NCBI GenBank assembly: GCA_963702435.1
Contig: CAVPCR010000001.1
Coordinates: 1,344,001-1,408,000 of the forward strand
Reading direction: 5' to 3'
Source: Candidatus Eiseniibacteriota bacterium
Lineage (GTDB): Bacteria > Eisenbacteria > RBG-16-71-46 > CAVPCR01
DNA: 64,000 nt
A program made the translations under genes and the position numbers. Every line of letters begins with the position of its first letter. The first letter of the stretch is position 1. Below the pieces are notes generated by a model that was not told the origin of the DNA, did not search any database, and saw only the letters and a program-made list of their open reading frames with translations. Of this stretch, positions 37,676 through 47,765 are shown piece by piece.

Positions 37676-40342
37676 TTGGCTCGAGCGTTCCCCGGCTTCA
37701 CCGCGATCCTGTTCCTGATCCTCACCGCATTCCTGGTCCCCTCCGCCCACGCTCAGAACACCGGCACGCTCGCGGGACGCGTGCTCGATGCGGGCGGCGC
37801 GCCGGTCGCCGGCGCCAACGTGACCGTCACCGGGCCGCTTCTCCTCGGGACACGCGGCGCCGTGACCGATGACAACGGTTTTTTCCAGGTGTTCGCCCTG
37901 CCCAGCGGGCTGTGCTCGGCGAAGATCAGCCACGTCTCGTATGCGGCATGGACCGGCACCGACGTCCGCGTCCCGCTCGGGGCCACCGCGACCCTGCCCG
38001 ATGTCCGTCTCGCGCCGGCGGTCCTCGCGGGCGGCGAGGTGGTGGTCGCGGCCGAGCACACCCCCATCGACCTCGCCTCCGCATCCGGCGGCGACAACCT
38101 GACCCCCGCCGACTACGAGGCGCTGCCGATCGACCGGAACTACCAGACCATCGCGAACCTGGTCCCCCAGGCCAACCTGAGCGAGTTCGGCGACGGCATC
38201 GGCATCGGCGGCGCGACCGGGCTCGAGACCAGGTACTTCATCGCCGGCACCGACGTCACCGATCCGGTGAGCAGCAGCTCATCCACCATCCTCCCCTACA
38301 ACTTCGTGCGCGAGATCCAGGTGCGCACCGGCGCCTACGAGGCCGAGTATCGCGGCGCGCTGGGCGGGGAGGTCGAGGTCGAGACGCTCTCCGGCAGCAA
38401 CACGTGGGGCGGTCAGCTCTTCGGCTTCTTCACCAACGACAACCTGGCGGGGACGGCGCGCCCCGGGACCGGCACCGAGTCCACTTCCTACCGGAACTAC
38501 GACATCGGCGGCTCGATCGGCGGCCCGCTCCTCACGGACCGGCTGTGGCTCCTCGCGGCCTACAACCCGCTCGTCTCGACCGAGAGCGTCCCGCTCGCCG
38601 ATTTCGGCGAGTTCGACGACGACCGCACCGTGCACTCCTTCGCTTCCAAGCTCTCGTGGCGGGCCGACGAGCGCAACACGCTCCATCTCACCGTGCTCGG
38701 CGATCCCACCAGCGGCCGGCAGGTCGAGCCGTTCGGCGGGACCATCGCCGATTTCGCGATCGAGAATCCCGACATGGCGCTCTCCACGATCGAGCAGGGC
38801 ACGATCCATGTCACCGGCAACGGCACGCATCTCCTCGACGAGAAGCTGGTCCTCTCGTCCCATGCCGCGTGGAGCCGCTTCCGCGACAGCCAGGAGCCGG
38901 AAGGTGACGCGAGCGAGCTCGGCGTGCGTTACGAGGATTACGTCACGCGGACCCTCTCGGGCGGGCCCGCCACCGCCTTCGACTACGGGACCACCGAGAT
39001 CACGCTGGGTGCGACGGCCACGATCGAGGCGGCACCCGCTCACACGGTGAAAGCCGGGATCGACTACACGCACCTCAACCAGTCAGTGGACTACGAGTTC
39101 CACCTCCTGAGCCGGCCGAGCGATTCGCTCTACGTGGACTCCTACCAGTTCCGGACCGGCGAGATCGGGCAGACCATGTGGGGGTTCTTCGCGCAGGACG
39201 CGTGGCGGATCACGCCGCGCTGGCGCCTGAACGCCGGCCTGCGCTGGGATCCGCAGCTCCTCCGCGCGTCCGACGGCGAGACGGCGCAGAAGCTCCTCGA
39301 CCAGGTCGCCCCGCGCTTCGGCGTCGTCTATCTGCCCGACGGGACCGGGAAGAGCAAGGTCACGGCCTCGGCCGGCCGCTACTACCAGATGCTGTCCCTC
39401 TACGTGCAGCAGTTCTACGAGCTCGACTCGACCGCGTTCACGGTGACCCAGTACGACCACGATCCGCGCGAGGATCCGAGCGGCGGCGAGGTGGTCGCCA
39501 ACATCGTGCCGAAGATCCAGGACGAAGTGGACATGGAGGGCCAGCACTACGACGAGGCGACGCTCGGCTACGAGCGCGAGCTCCGGCCGGGGCTCACGGT
39601 CGGCGCGCGCGGCGTCTACCGCACGCTCCGTCAGGGCATCGAGGACGGTCTCGATCCGGTCACCTTCGACGGCTTCTTCGGGAATCCCGGCAGCGAGCCG
39701 CTCACCGACTTTCCGGAGATGGAGCGGGACTACGCGGCACTCGAGCTCACGGCCGAGCGACGGGGACGGCCGTGGACCGTGCGCGGCTCCTACGTGCTGT
39801 CGCGCTCCCGCGGCAACTACCCGGGCCTCTTCGACTACCGGTTCCGCGACGACCGGGCGAACTCGACTTCCCAGTTCGACCTGCCGGAGATGCTGGTGAA
39901 CGCGACCGGCCTCCTGCCCAACGATCGCACGCACGTGTTCAAGCTCTTCGGCTCGTACGCGACGACGTTCGGGCTCACGCTCGGGGCCTCGTTCATCGCC
40001 GAGAGCGGGATCCCGCTCTCGGAGTACGGCGGCTCCTCGATCGGCTACCCGCTCAACTTCGTGACCGAGCGCGGATCGAACGGCCGCACGCCGGCGCTCT
40101 GGGACCTCGGGCTCCGCTCGGTGTACGCGCTCGAGCACGTCGTCGATTCGCCATACGCCCCGAGCCTCATCCTCGACATCTTCCACATCGGGAACCCGCG
40201 CGAGGTGGTCGACGTCGATCAGGTCCACTACTTCTCGCTCGACGAGAATGGGAACCAGGCCGATCCGAACCCGAACTACCTCGATCCCATCCTGTATCAG
40301 CCGCCGCTCGCCGTGCGGCTGGGGATGGAGCTCGACTTCTGA
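37676..40342 (+). CDS. TonB-dependent receptor (Oar-like) with an N-terminal carboxypeptidase-regulatory-like domain
   Basis: TGTLAGRVLD, VREIQVRTGAYEAEYRGALGG, FAQDAWRITPRWRLNAGLRWD, C-terminal Phe; TTG start after AGGGGAG. Confidence 0.88.
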   Translation: MARAFPGFTAILFLILTAFLVPSAHAQNTGTLAGRVLDAGGAPVAGANVTVTGPLLLGTRGAVTDDNGFFQVFALPSGLCSAKISHVSYAAWTGTDVRVPLGATATLPDVRLAPAVLAGGEVVVAAEHTPIDLASASGGDNLTPADYEALPIDRNYQTIANLVPQANLSEFGDGIGIGGATGLETRYFIAGTDVTDPVSSSSSTILPYNFVREIQVRTGAYEAEYRGALGGEVEVETLSGSNTWGGQLFGFFTNDNLAGTARPGTGTESTSYRNYDIGGSIGGPLLTDRLWLLAAYNPLVSTESVPLADFGEFDDDRTVHSFASKLSWRADERNTLHLTVLGDPTSGRQVEPFGGTIADFAIENPDMALSTIEQGTIHVTGNGTHLLDEKLVLSSHAAWSRFRDSQEPEGDASELGVRYEDYVTRTLSGGPATAFDYGTTEITLGATATIEAAPAHTVKAGIDYTHLNQSVDYEFHLLSRPSDSLYVDSYQFRTGEIGQTMWGFFAQDAWRITPRWRLNAGLRWDPQLLRASDGETAQKLLDQVAPRFGVVYLPDGTGKSKVTASAGRYYQMLSLYVQQFYELDSTAFTVTQYDHDPREDPSGGEVVANIVPKIQDEVDMEGQHYDEATLGYERELRPGLTVGARGVYRTLRQGIEDGLDPVTFDGFFGNPGSEPLTDFPEMERDYAALELTAERRGRPWTVRGSYVLSRSRGNYPGLFDYRFRDDRANSTSQFDLPEMLVNATGLLPNDRTHVFKLFGSYATTFGLTLGASFIAESGIPLSEYGGSSIGYPLNFVTERGSNGRTPALWDLGLRSVYALEHVVDSPYAPSLILDIFHIGNPREVVDVDQVHYFSLDENGNQADPNPNYLDPILYQPPLAVRLGMELDF

Positions 40343-40452
40343 GGACTTCCTGTGTAGCATGGGCGTTTGCGATTGCGGCCAGCGTCCTTGTCGGTAGCTG
40401 ACTCCACGGGAGGGGCAGCGAAGCTCCCGACTCCTCTTTCGAGCTGTTTGTC

Positions 40453-42451
40453 ATGAAGCATCCGCTCTGCGCACCCCGGCTCGACCGAATCGTCCTCGTA
40501 CTCTGCGTGCTTACGCTTTCGCTTCGTGCAGTCGCCCCCCAAACTTCGCAACGAACCTGGGGCCTTGATCTCATCCGTTTCCTGCCTGCGCTCTCAGGCT
40601 CTACCTACGCCATCATGGGCGCCGTCATTCTCGTCGCCGCGTACATCCTGCTTTCCGGCGTGCGTCGCCTGCCTGCTAGTCGCATCGCCAAGTCGACCTG
40701 GTTCTACCTGGTCATTTCACTCGGTCTTGCCTTCCTCTTCTGGTCTCTCAGAGACGCCACCCATCTCCTCGGTGACGGCGGACGATCACTACTTGCGGCG
40801 GCGCGCCACGATCCCGTTCTCACCACTGAGCCACTCGCACAGGGGCTGAATCGATTGGTGGTGTCAGCTCTGTCAGCTCTTTCGGTTCCCCCCATTGCTG
40901 CGCTCGAGGCCTGGAGCTGCGGGCTCGGTGGTGCCGCCGTGTTCATCACGCTCCTTGGCTCAGGCTTTCTCGTTGCCGATCCTCTGAGGCGCCTCGTCTT
41001 CTCAGGACTAGTCCTGGTCACCGGCGGTGCGCAACTCTGGTGTGGGTATATTGAGAGCTATCCGTTCTTCTATCTCGCGGTTTGCTCGTATCTCTTGGCT
41101 GCCATCGGCTACTTTGCTGGCAGGATCTCGATCGCATGGATCACCCTTCTCCTCGCGATCGCGATTAGCAGTCATGCCTCGGGCGTGTTCCTTCTTCTGC
41201 CAGCGCACGCATACGCGGTAGCTCACGAGTGTCGCCGCAGTGGTAGTTTCCTGACTCCGATTCTGGCCAGCATCCTTGTCATACTCGCCACGTGGCTTGC
41301 CGTAGCCATGGCCCTCGATCCTGTGTGGCCAGGCATCGCGGCGGGGGGGGGGGGTGATCCTCCCCTTCCGCGGGGAATACGGTCTTCTTTCGTCCAGGCA
41401 CATCACCGACTTCGCGAATGAGGTCTTCCTGGTATGCGTCCTCGTAATTCCGCTTGTGGCAGTCAGCATCGTTCATCTTCGTCGCCCTGGGGCAACCGAG
41501 AGTCGGCCACTGACGTTTCTGTCCATAGCAGGAACTGCCGGGTGTGTGTTTGCATTCATCATTGATCCGGCGCTTGGAATGCCGAGGGATTGGGATCTGT
41601 TCGCTCCAGCGCTTCTTCCGGTAACTGTCCTTCTCGCTGCTCGGGTCGGTGTGTGTGACCGTGTGACCCCGCGATCCTCTATCATCATGCTCCTCACTGC
41701 AGCGATGTGCGTTGCCCCATGGATCGGCCTTAACCACAACGCGGATGCATCGGTCAAACGCTTTCGGTCTCTCCTTGCCCTGGATCAGAATCGCCCGGGT
41801 GCCGCCTATGGGTTCGAGTCGCTTGGTGTCTACCTGCGTGAACGCGGCGACTCGCAGGGAGCCCTGGTCTCCTTCGCATCCGCCCTTCGGTACCGCCCCG
41901 GTTACCCACGATACCTCGCAGCACTGCGGTCCGTCGTGCAGTCCATGCCGCCCAAGGCAGCGCGCAATGTGCTCGCGGGACTCGTGAGTGATGATCAGAC
42001 ACGCGTGGATCTCGAAATTGAGATCGCTCTCATTGAGGCGCGCGAGGGACAGACAAGCAGTGCAATCGCTCGTCTTCGGCGGATCGTTGCGATGGGGAAT
42101 CACGTGCGTAGCGCCCTGATTGAGCTGGCCAAGGTGCATCTGGCAATTCACGACTACGCTGGCGCGATCGTGGCACTCAACAGCGTCGCGATGGCGGATC
42201 AGCCTGATGGGGAGGTCGAGTATCTTCTGGGACAAGCGTACCTCCGCGACGGGCGCTGTGCTGATGCGATTCGACATTTTGGGGTTGCTGCCAATAGCGT
42301 CGGGGCAAGAGACGACGTCGACTACTATCTTGGGCTCGCCTGTCGAGAATGCGGGCAGCTGGAAAGATCTGAAGCACTGTTCCTGGCCTATCTGGCCGCA
42401 CACCCAAGTGGTCGCTATTCCAGTGTGGTCAGGGAATTTCTGGGATGGTGA
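40453..42451 (+). pseudogene. Multi-TM membrane protein (possibly GT-C-like) with C-terminal TPRs, frameshifted at a G12 tract
   Basis: HLLGDG, GYIESYP, SHASG in frame 1; DPALGMPRDWDLFA and TPRs in the +1 frame; G11 would fuse the two. Confidence 0.65.
41343..41354 (+). repeat. G12 homopolymer at the frameshift
   Basis: gcGGGGGGGGGGGGtgat. Confidence 0.95.
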
Positions 42452-42519
42452 TGTCTTGACGCCTGCATGGAAATTGCATGCTTGGTCGAACTTGAGTGCA
42501 GACCGATACCGGCGCCGGG

Positions 42520-44203
42520 CTAGTCAGATGGCGGGACGGGGAACAGCGTGCGCGCCGCGGCGATCTCCTCCGCGGTGCGGCGCGCATCCCAGCCGAGCTC
42601 GGCCGCCATGATCGCCGCGCAGTCGCGGAGGCTGTCCTCCCCCGGGTGGCCGATCGTGCCGAGGCCCGTGCGCCGGAAGAGGACATCGGGGAGGCGGAGC
42701 GCCATCTCCTCCCGCGCCGCGTAGCGCACCATGGCGCGGATGGTGGGCCGCGCCGGCGCCACGCGCCGCCCGTCGTCGCGATCGGCGTCGACGAGCGCGA
42801 CGACCGCCGGGTAGTCGGCGCCGTAGCTCTGCACGAGCTCGCGCGCGACCTCCTCGCCTAGCCCCGGTCCCGCCGCATCGCGCCGCACCGCCTCGGCGAT
42901 CGCGGCCCGCACCCGCTCGATGCGTCCGCCGGCCACCGGCGTCTCCGCGGTGCATGAGGGCGGCGGCATCCGCCCGAGCTTCCGGAAGACAAGATCGACC
43001 GCCTTCGCGGCGAGGCTCCGCGCGGTCGTGTACTTGGCCCCGATCACGGTCAGGAGCCCCTCGATCCCGTCCTTCCGGTGGTCGTGGATCTCGACCTTGC
43101 TCGCGCCCTGGTAGACCTCGGCGCGGATCTCGGTGTCGATGAGCGGATAGAGCCCGGCGATTGCATGCTCGACGCCGGCCGGGGTGAGCCCGGCCGCCGG
43201 ATAGGCCGCATTGATCTCGGCCACGAAGTCGGCGATGTCCACGGGCGGTGGCGCCGACATCGGCCGGATCACCGGAGTACGGCACGTTGGTCGTTCCGAT
43301 GAGCGAGCGGCCGCGCCACGGGAGGATGAAGAAGTGCCGCCCGCCACGGCTCAATCCTTCCCGCTTGTGAGCGGTGGCGATGGCGAGGGCCCCGCTCCGC
43401 GTCAGCGGGCGGGTGATGATGTGGCAGCCCTTAGCCAGTCCGTAGCGCTCGCCGGCCGGGTGGCCGAGCCCGCGCGCGAGGAGCGGCGCCCACGGCCCGG
43501 TCATGTTGGCGATGACGGGCGCGCGCACGTCCAGATCGCCAGCACCGGTGGCGCAATCCCGTGCGGTGACCCCGATCACCCGCGGCCCGCTGCGCAGGAA
43601 GCCGGTCGCTTCCACGTAGTTCGCGACGACCGCTCCCGCCGCGGCCGCCGCCCCGACCACCGCGAGCGTCATCCGCTCGGATGAGTGCATGTGGCACTCG
43701 TCGTAGCGCACGCCGCCGGTCAGCCCGTCGGTCGCGATCCCCGGCTCGAGAGCGAGCGCCTCGGCCCGCGAGAGGAGCGTGAAGCGCGGGATCCGCTGCT
43801 CGGGGTCGCGCATCCGCGCGTTGAGCCCGGCACCGATCGCCTCGTAGACGGCCATCGCCGCCGCCAGCACTTCCTTGCCGCGCATGCCGTGGCCGCAGGT
43901 CGGAATGAGGAAGGGCAGGCGATAGATGAGGTGCGGGGCAATGCGCATCAGGATGCCGCGCTCGACGAGCGACTCGCGCACCTTCCCGATCTCGCCCTTC
44001 TGCAGGTAGCGGATCCCGCCGTGGATGAGCTTCGAGGAGGCGGCCGAGGTGGCGCCGCCGAAGTCGCGGCGTTCGATGAGCGCGACCGCGAGACCGCGCA
44101 GCGCCGCGTCCCACGCGGCGAAGGCGCCGGTGATCCCCCCGCCGACGACGATCAGATCGAAGCCGCCGCCGGCGAGACGGCGGAGGTCACGGGTCATGGC
44201 CAT
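42520..44203 (-). pseudogene. glpD: FAD-dependent glycerol-3-phosphate dehydrogenase/oxidase with a +1 frameshift near 43245; likely an error
   Basis: VVGGGITG, DFGGATSAASSKLIHGGIRYL, KGCHI; then AGLYPL, GAKYTTAR, EMALRLPDVLFRRT in the next frame. Confidence 0.8.
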
Positions 44204-44335
44204 GCGTGCCATGCTACCCCATGGCCGGACCACCGTGAAATCTGAGCGGTTACCGCTCAATTTTCATGGAGTCTCCCGGCCGGCCTCCCGACCTCCCGGC
44301 CTCCCGCCCGGCGCCGGCCGCCGCCCCGCGCGGTT

Positions 44336-44977
44336 CTACCGCGCCGGCGCCCCGTCCACCGACTCGATCTCGGCCTCGAGCATGGCGACGTGCTCCACCT
44401 CCTCGGCCGCGAGCTCGCGGTAGAGCTCCTTCTCCATCCCCGGCGGCAGCGTGCTGGCGCGGCGCTCGAAGTGGGCGAGCGTGCGCTTCTCGAGGTCGAG
44501 CGCCCGGCTGTAGATCTCACGCACCGACGCGATGGCGCCGAAGTCCACACCCTGGAACAGGTCGCTCGCCAGGATCTCCTGGGCGTTCGGCTCCGGCGAC
44601 GTCGCCTCCGGGCCGAGATGGAGGTGGTACTTGTCGGAAAGCTCCTTCAGATGGTCCTCCTCGCGGTGGAGGAGGTCATCGAGCACCGCCTTGCAGCTGG
44701 GATCGCGCATGCGGTCGTGCGCCAGGCGGTAGAACTGGTACATGTCGACCTCGAACTGCACCGCCTCGCGGATCGGCTCGATGCGCCGGGGATCCTCGAG
44801 CCGGTAGCTCGACACGACGCGCAGCTCGCCTCCGCACAGGAAGCAGCGGCCGTACGGCACCACGAAGCCGATGGAGAGCTTGCCGCAGTTCTGGCACTTC
44901 CAGGTGTAGCGCACTTCGGCGCAACAGACGGCGTCGTCCTCGACGGCGCGCTGGCACTTCGGACACTGCGAGGCCAT
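44336..44977 (-). CDS. Double zinc-ribbon plus ferritin/rubrerythrin-like protein
   Basis: CPKC, CC, CQNC, CFLC; E...FY...EEDH and E...EEVEH diiron motifs. Confidence 0.8.
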   Translation of the reverse strand: MASQCPKCQRAVEDDAVCCAEVRYTWKCQNCGKLSIGFVVPYGRCFLCGGELRVVSSYRLEDPRRIEPIREAVQFEVDMYQFYRLAHDRMRDPSCKAVLDDLLHREEDHLKELSDKYHLHLGPEATSPEPNAQEILASDLFQGVDFGAIASVREIYSRALDLEKRTLAHFERRASTLPPGMEKELYRELAAEEVEHVAMLEAEIESVDGAPAR

Positions 44978-45004
44978 GGTTCCAGTCTCCTTCTCGGATT
45001 CTGC

Positions 45005-47482
45005 CTACGTGTTCGCCGCCGCCGGCGCCGGCATCCCCGCCGGGGTCCCCGTCTCGATGCCCAGGAAGCGCATGATCCCGCGCCCCGCGCGGCGTCCGGC
45101 GCCCATCGCCTCGATGACCGTGGCCGCCCCGGTGACGATGTCGCCGCCGGCGAAGACGCCGGGGAGCGATGTCATCTGGGTCTCCGGATCGACGACCAGG
45201 TAGCCCCACTTGTTGGTGGCGAGACCGGGCGTGGTCTGCGCGATGATCGGGTTCGCCGTGGTGCCCAGAGCGTAGATCACGGTGTCCACGTCGAGCACGA
45301 GCTCGGTGCCCGGCTTCGGGATGGGCCGCCGCCGGCCCGAATCGTCGGGCTCGCCGAGCTCCATGCGAATGCACTCCATCCCGGTCACCCAGCCCGCCTC
45401 GTTCCCGAGGATGCGGACGGGATTGGTCAGCCACTCGACCTTGATCCCCTCCTCGATCGCGTGATGCAGCTCCTCGGCGCGCGCCGGGCACTCCTTCTGG
45501 CTCCGCCGGTACACGATGTAGACCGGATCGGCGCCCAGGCGCTGCGACACGCGCGCCGCGTCCATGGCGGTGTTGCCGGCCCCGATCACCGCCACCCGCT
45601 GGCCCATGCCGACCGGCGTGTCGTAGAGCGGCGCCTGGAAACCCATCATGAGATTGACGCGGCTCAGGAACTCGTTGGCCGAGAAGACGCCGTTCAGCGA
45701 CTCGCCGGGGATACCCATGAAGCTCGGGCTCCCCGCCCCGGTGCCGACGAAGACCGCGTCGTAGCCCTGGTTCTTCATGAGCGACGGGATCGTGTGGACC
45801 TTGCCGATCACGGTGTCGAGCTCGATCTTGACGCCGAGCGCGAGCAGGTTCGCGATCTCCGTGTCCACGATGTCGTTCGGCAAGCGGAACTCGGGGATCC
45901 CGTACTTGAGCACGCCGCCCGCGACGTGGAGCGCCTCGAACACCGTGACATCGACCCCGACGCGGGCCAGATCCCCGGCGCAGGTCAGGCAGGCCGGACC
46001 CGACCCGATCATGGCCGCCTTGAACCGCCGCCCGCCATCCCGGGGCACCGGCGGAGCCTCCTCCCAGTTCTGCCCGACTGCGGCATCGGCGACGAACCGC
46101 TCGAGGCGTCCGATCGCGACCGGCTCGAGCTTCTTCCCGACGACGCACTGCACCTCGCACTGCGTCTCCTGCGGGCAAACGCGCCCGCACACCGCCGGCA
46201 GGCTGTTGGCGGACTTCAGCACGCGGTACGACTCGCGGATGTCACCGCGGCGGAGCGCGATGATGAAGGCGGGGATGTCGATCTCGACCGGGCAGCCGGC
46301 GATGCAGCGCGGCTTCTTGCACTCGAGGCAGCGGTCGGCCTCGATGATCGCCTCCTCCAGCGAGTAGCCGAGCGCCACCTCCTCGAAGTTGTGATTGCGG
46401 ACGTCGGCGGGCTGCTCGGCCATCGGGGTCTTCTTCGGCTGCACCGTGCGCACCGACTTGACGATCTTCTCGCCGCCCTGAACTGATGGGTGCGCCGCCT
46501 CGTACGAGGAGGCCGCCGCGGCCACCGCCTCGGTGATCGGGATGCGCACGGGCTTGACACCCCTTGCGCCCGGTGACGGCTCGCCGGCCTGCGCCCGCCG
46601 CCGCGACGGCGCCGTGGCCGTGTCGGCGGCGCCCGCGGTGAGCGCCGCGACGCGCTCGGTCTCGCGCATGTAGCGCTCGAGCGCTTCCTTCTCCTCGCGC
46701 TCGAAACGCTTCTGCCGGAGCACGAGCTCGTCGAAGTTGACCTTGTGGCCGTCGAAGTCGGGGCCGTCGACGCAGGCGAACTTGATCGCGCCGTCCACCG
46801 TCACGCGGCAGCTACCGCACATGCCGGTGCCGTCCACCATGATCGAGTTGAGGCTGACGATGGTGCGGATGCCGTGCGGGCGCGTCACCTCGGCGCACGC
46901 CTTCATCATGGGGAGCGGTCCGATCGCCACCACCTCGTCCACGTCATGATGCTCGGCGAGAACCTGGGTCAGCGCGTTGCTCACGAACCCCTTCATGCCG
47001 TAGGTGCCGTCGTCGGTGGTCACGATCACCCCGTCGGAAAACTCGCGGAAGCGGTCCTCCCAGAAGACGAGGTTCTGCGAGCGGAAACCGATGATCGAGA
47101 TGGTGGTGGCGCCGGCTCGCTTGTAGGCGCGGAGCTGCGGAAAGACCGGCGCGACACCGAGTCCGCCGCCCACGAGCACGACCTTCCCGCGCGGCTCGAT
47201 ATGGCTCGGCAAGCCGAGCGGACCGACGAAGTCGAGCACCGATTCGCCGGCATGCATCGCCATCATCTGTCGCGTCGTCTTGCCGACGGCCTGGATGACG
47301 ATGGTCACGGTGCCGCGATCGGTGTTGTAGTCGGCGACCGTGAGCGGGATGCGCTCGCCGGTGTGATCGATGCGCACCATGACGAAGTGGCCCGGCTGCG
47401 CGGCGTGGGCGACGGCCGGAGCATCCACGTGCCAGAGAAAAGTGTTCTCGTTGAGCTGTTCGCGATGAACGATCTTGTACAC
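45005..47482 (-). CDS. Fused NfnA-NfnB (SudB-SudA-like) electron-bifurcating transhydrogenase-type oxidoreductase
   Basis: ERIPLT, GGGLGVAP, MVDGTGMCGSCRV...ACVDGP; then EADRCLEC, GCPVEIDIP, CGRVCPQETQCE, GSGPA, YGIPEFRLP, GAGNTAMD, FAGGD; GTG start. Confidence 0.88.
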   Translation of the reverse strand: MYKIVHREQLNENTFLWHVDAPAVAHAAQPGHFVMVRIDHTGERIPLTVADYNTDRGTVTIVIQAVGKTTRQMMAMHAGESVLDFVGPLGLPSHIEPRGKVVLVGGGLGVAPVFPQLRAYKRAGATTISIIGFRSQNLVFWEDRFREFSDGVIVTTDDGTYGMKGFVSNALTQVLAEHHDVDEVVAIGPLPMMKACAEVTRPHGIRTIVSLNSIMVDGTGMCGSCRVTVDGAIKFACVDGPDFDGHKVNFDELVLRQKRFEREEKEALERYMRETERVAALTAGAADTATAPSRRRAQAGEPSPGARGVKPVRIPITEAVAAAASSYEAAHPSVQGGEKIVKSVRTVQPKKTPMAEQPADVRNHNFEEVALGYSLEEAIIEADRCLECKKPRCIAGCPVEIDIPAFIIALRRGDIRESYRVLKSANSLPAVCGRVCPQETQCEVQCVVGKKLEPVAIGRLERFVADAAVGQNWEEAPPVPRDGGRRFKAAMIGSGPACLTCAGDLARVGVDVTVFEALHVAGGVLKYGIPEFRLPNDIVDTEIANLLALGVKIELDTVIGKVHTIPSLMKNQGYDAVFVGTGAGSPSFMGIPGESLNGVFSANEFLSRVNLMMGFQAPLYDTPVGMGQRVAVIGAGNTAMDAARVSQRLGADPVYIVYRRSQKECPARAEELHHAIEEGIKVEWLTNPVRILGNEAGWVTGMECIRMELGEPDDSGRRRPIPKPGTELVLDVDTVIYALGTTANPIIAQTTPGLATNKWGYLVVDPETQMTSLPGVFAGGDIVTGAATVIEAMGAGRRAGRGIMRFLGIETGTPAGMPAPAAANT

Positions 47483-47584
47483 GGCATCCCCCCGTGCCTT
47501 GGCGAGATAGCGGCTCTCTCCCGGAATGGGACACCAATGGTTCCGGGCAAGAGGCATGCCCGGGCCGGGAGCCTGGTCGATCTC

Positions 47585-47610
47585 CTAAATTATTGTCAAA
47601 TAACGTTTAG
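47585..47610 (-). promoter_or_regulatory. AT-rich imperfect palindrome overlapping a TTGACA -35, upstream of the nfn fusion
   Basis: CTAAATTATTgtcaAATAAcgTTTAG. Confidence 0.5.
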
Positions 47611-47765
47611 ACTTCGAAGGGGAGATCGGGAGGGGCGGGATATCGGACAAAGTGACCGACTGCCCGGGGGATCGTGACGATTCGACCGGAGCAGGGAGGG
47701 CCCTTCCCGGGGCCGCGGGGCCCGGACTCGGATCCGCCCCTCGGGGCCCTCCCCTCGCGGGCGCC

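Noticed and set aside
45005..47482. True glutamate synthase
   Set aside because: No large GltB subunit is nearby, and the NfnA/PyrK-like N-terminal fusion points to an Nfn/Sud-type enzyme.
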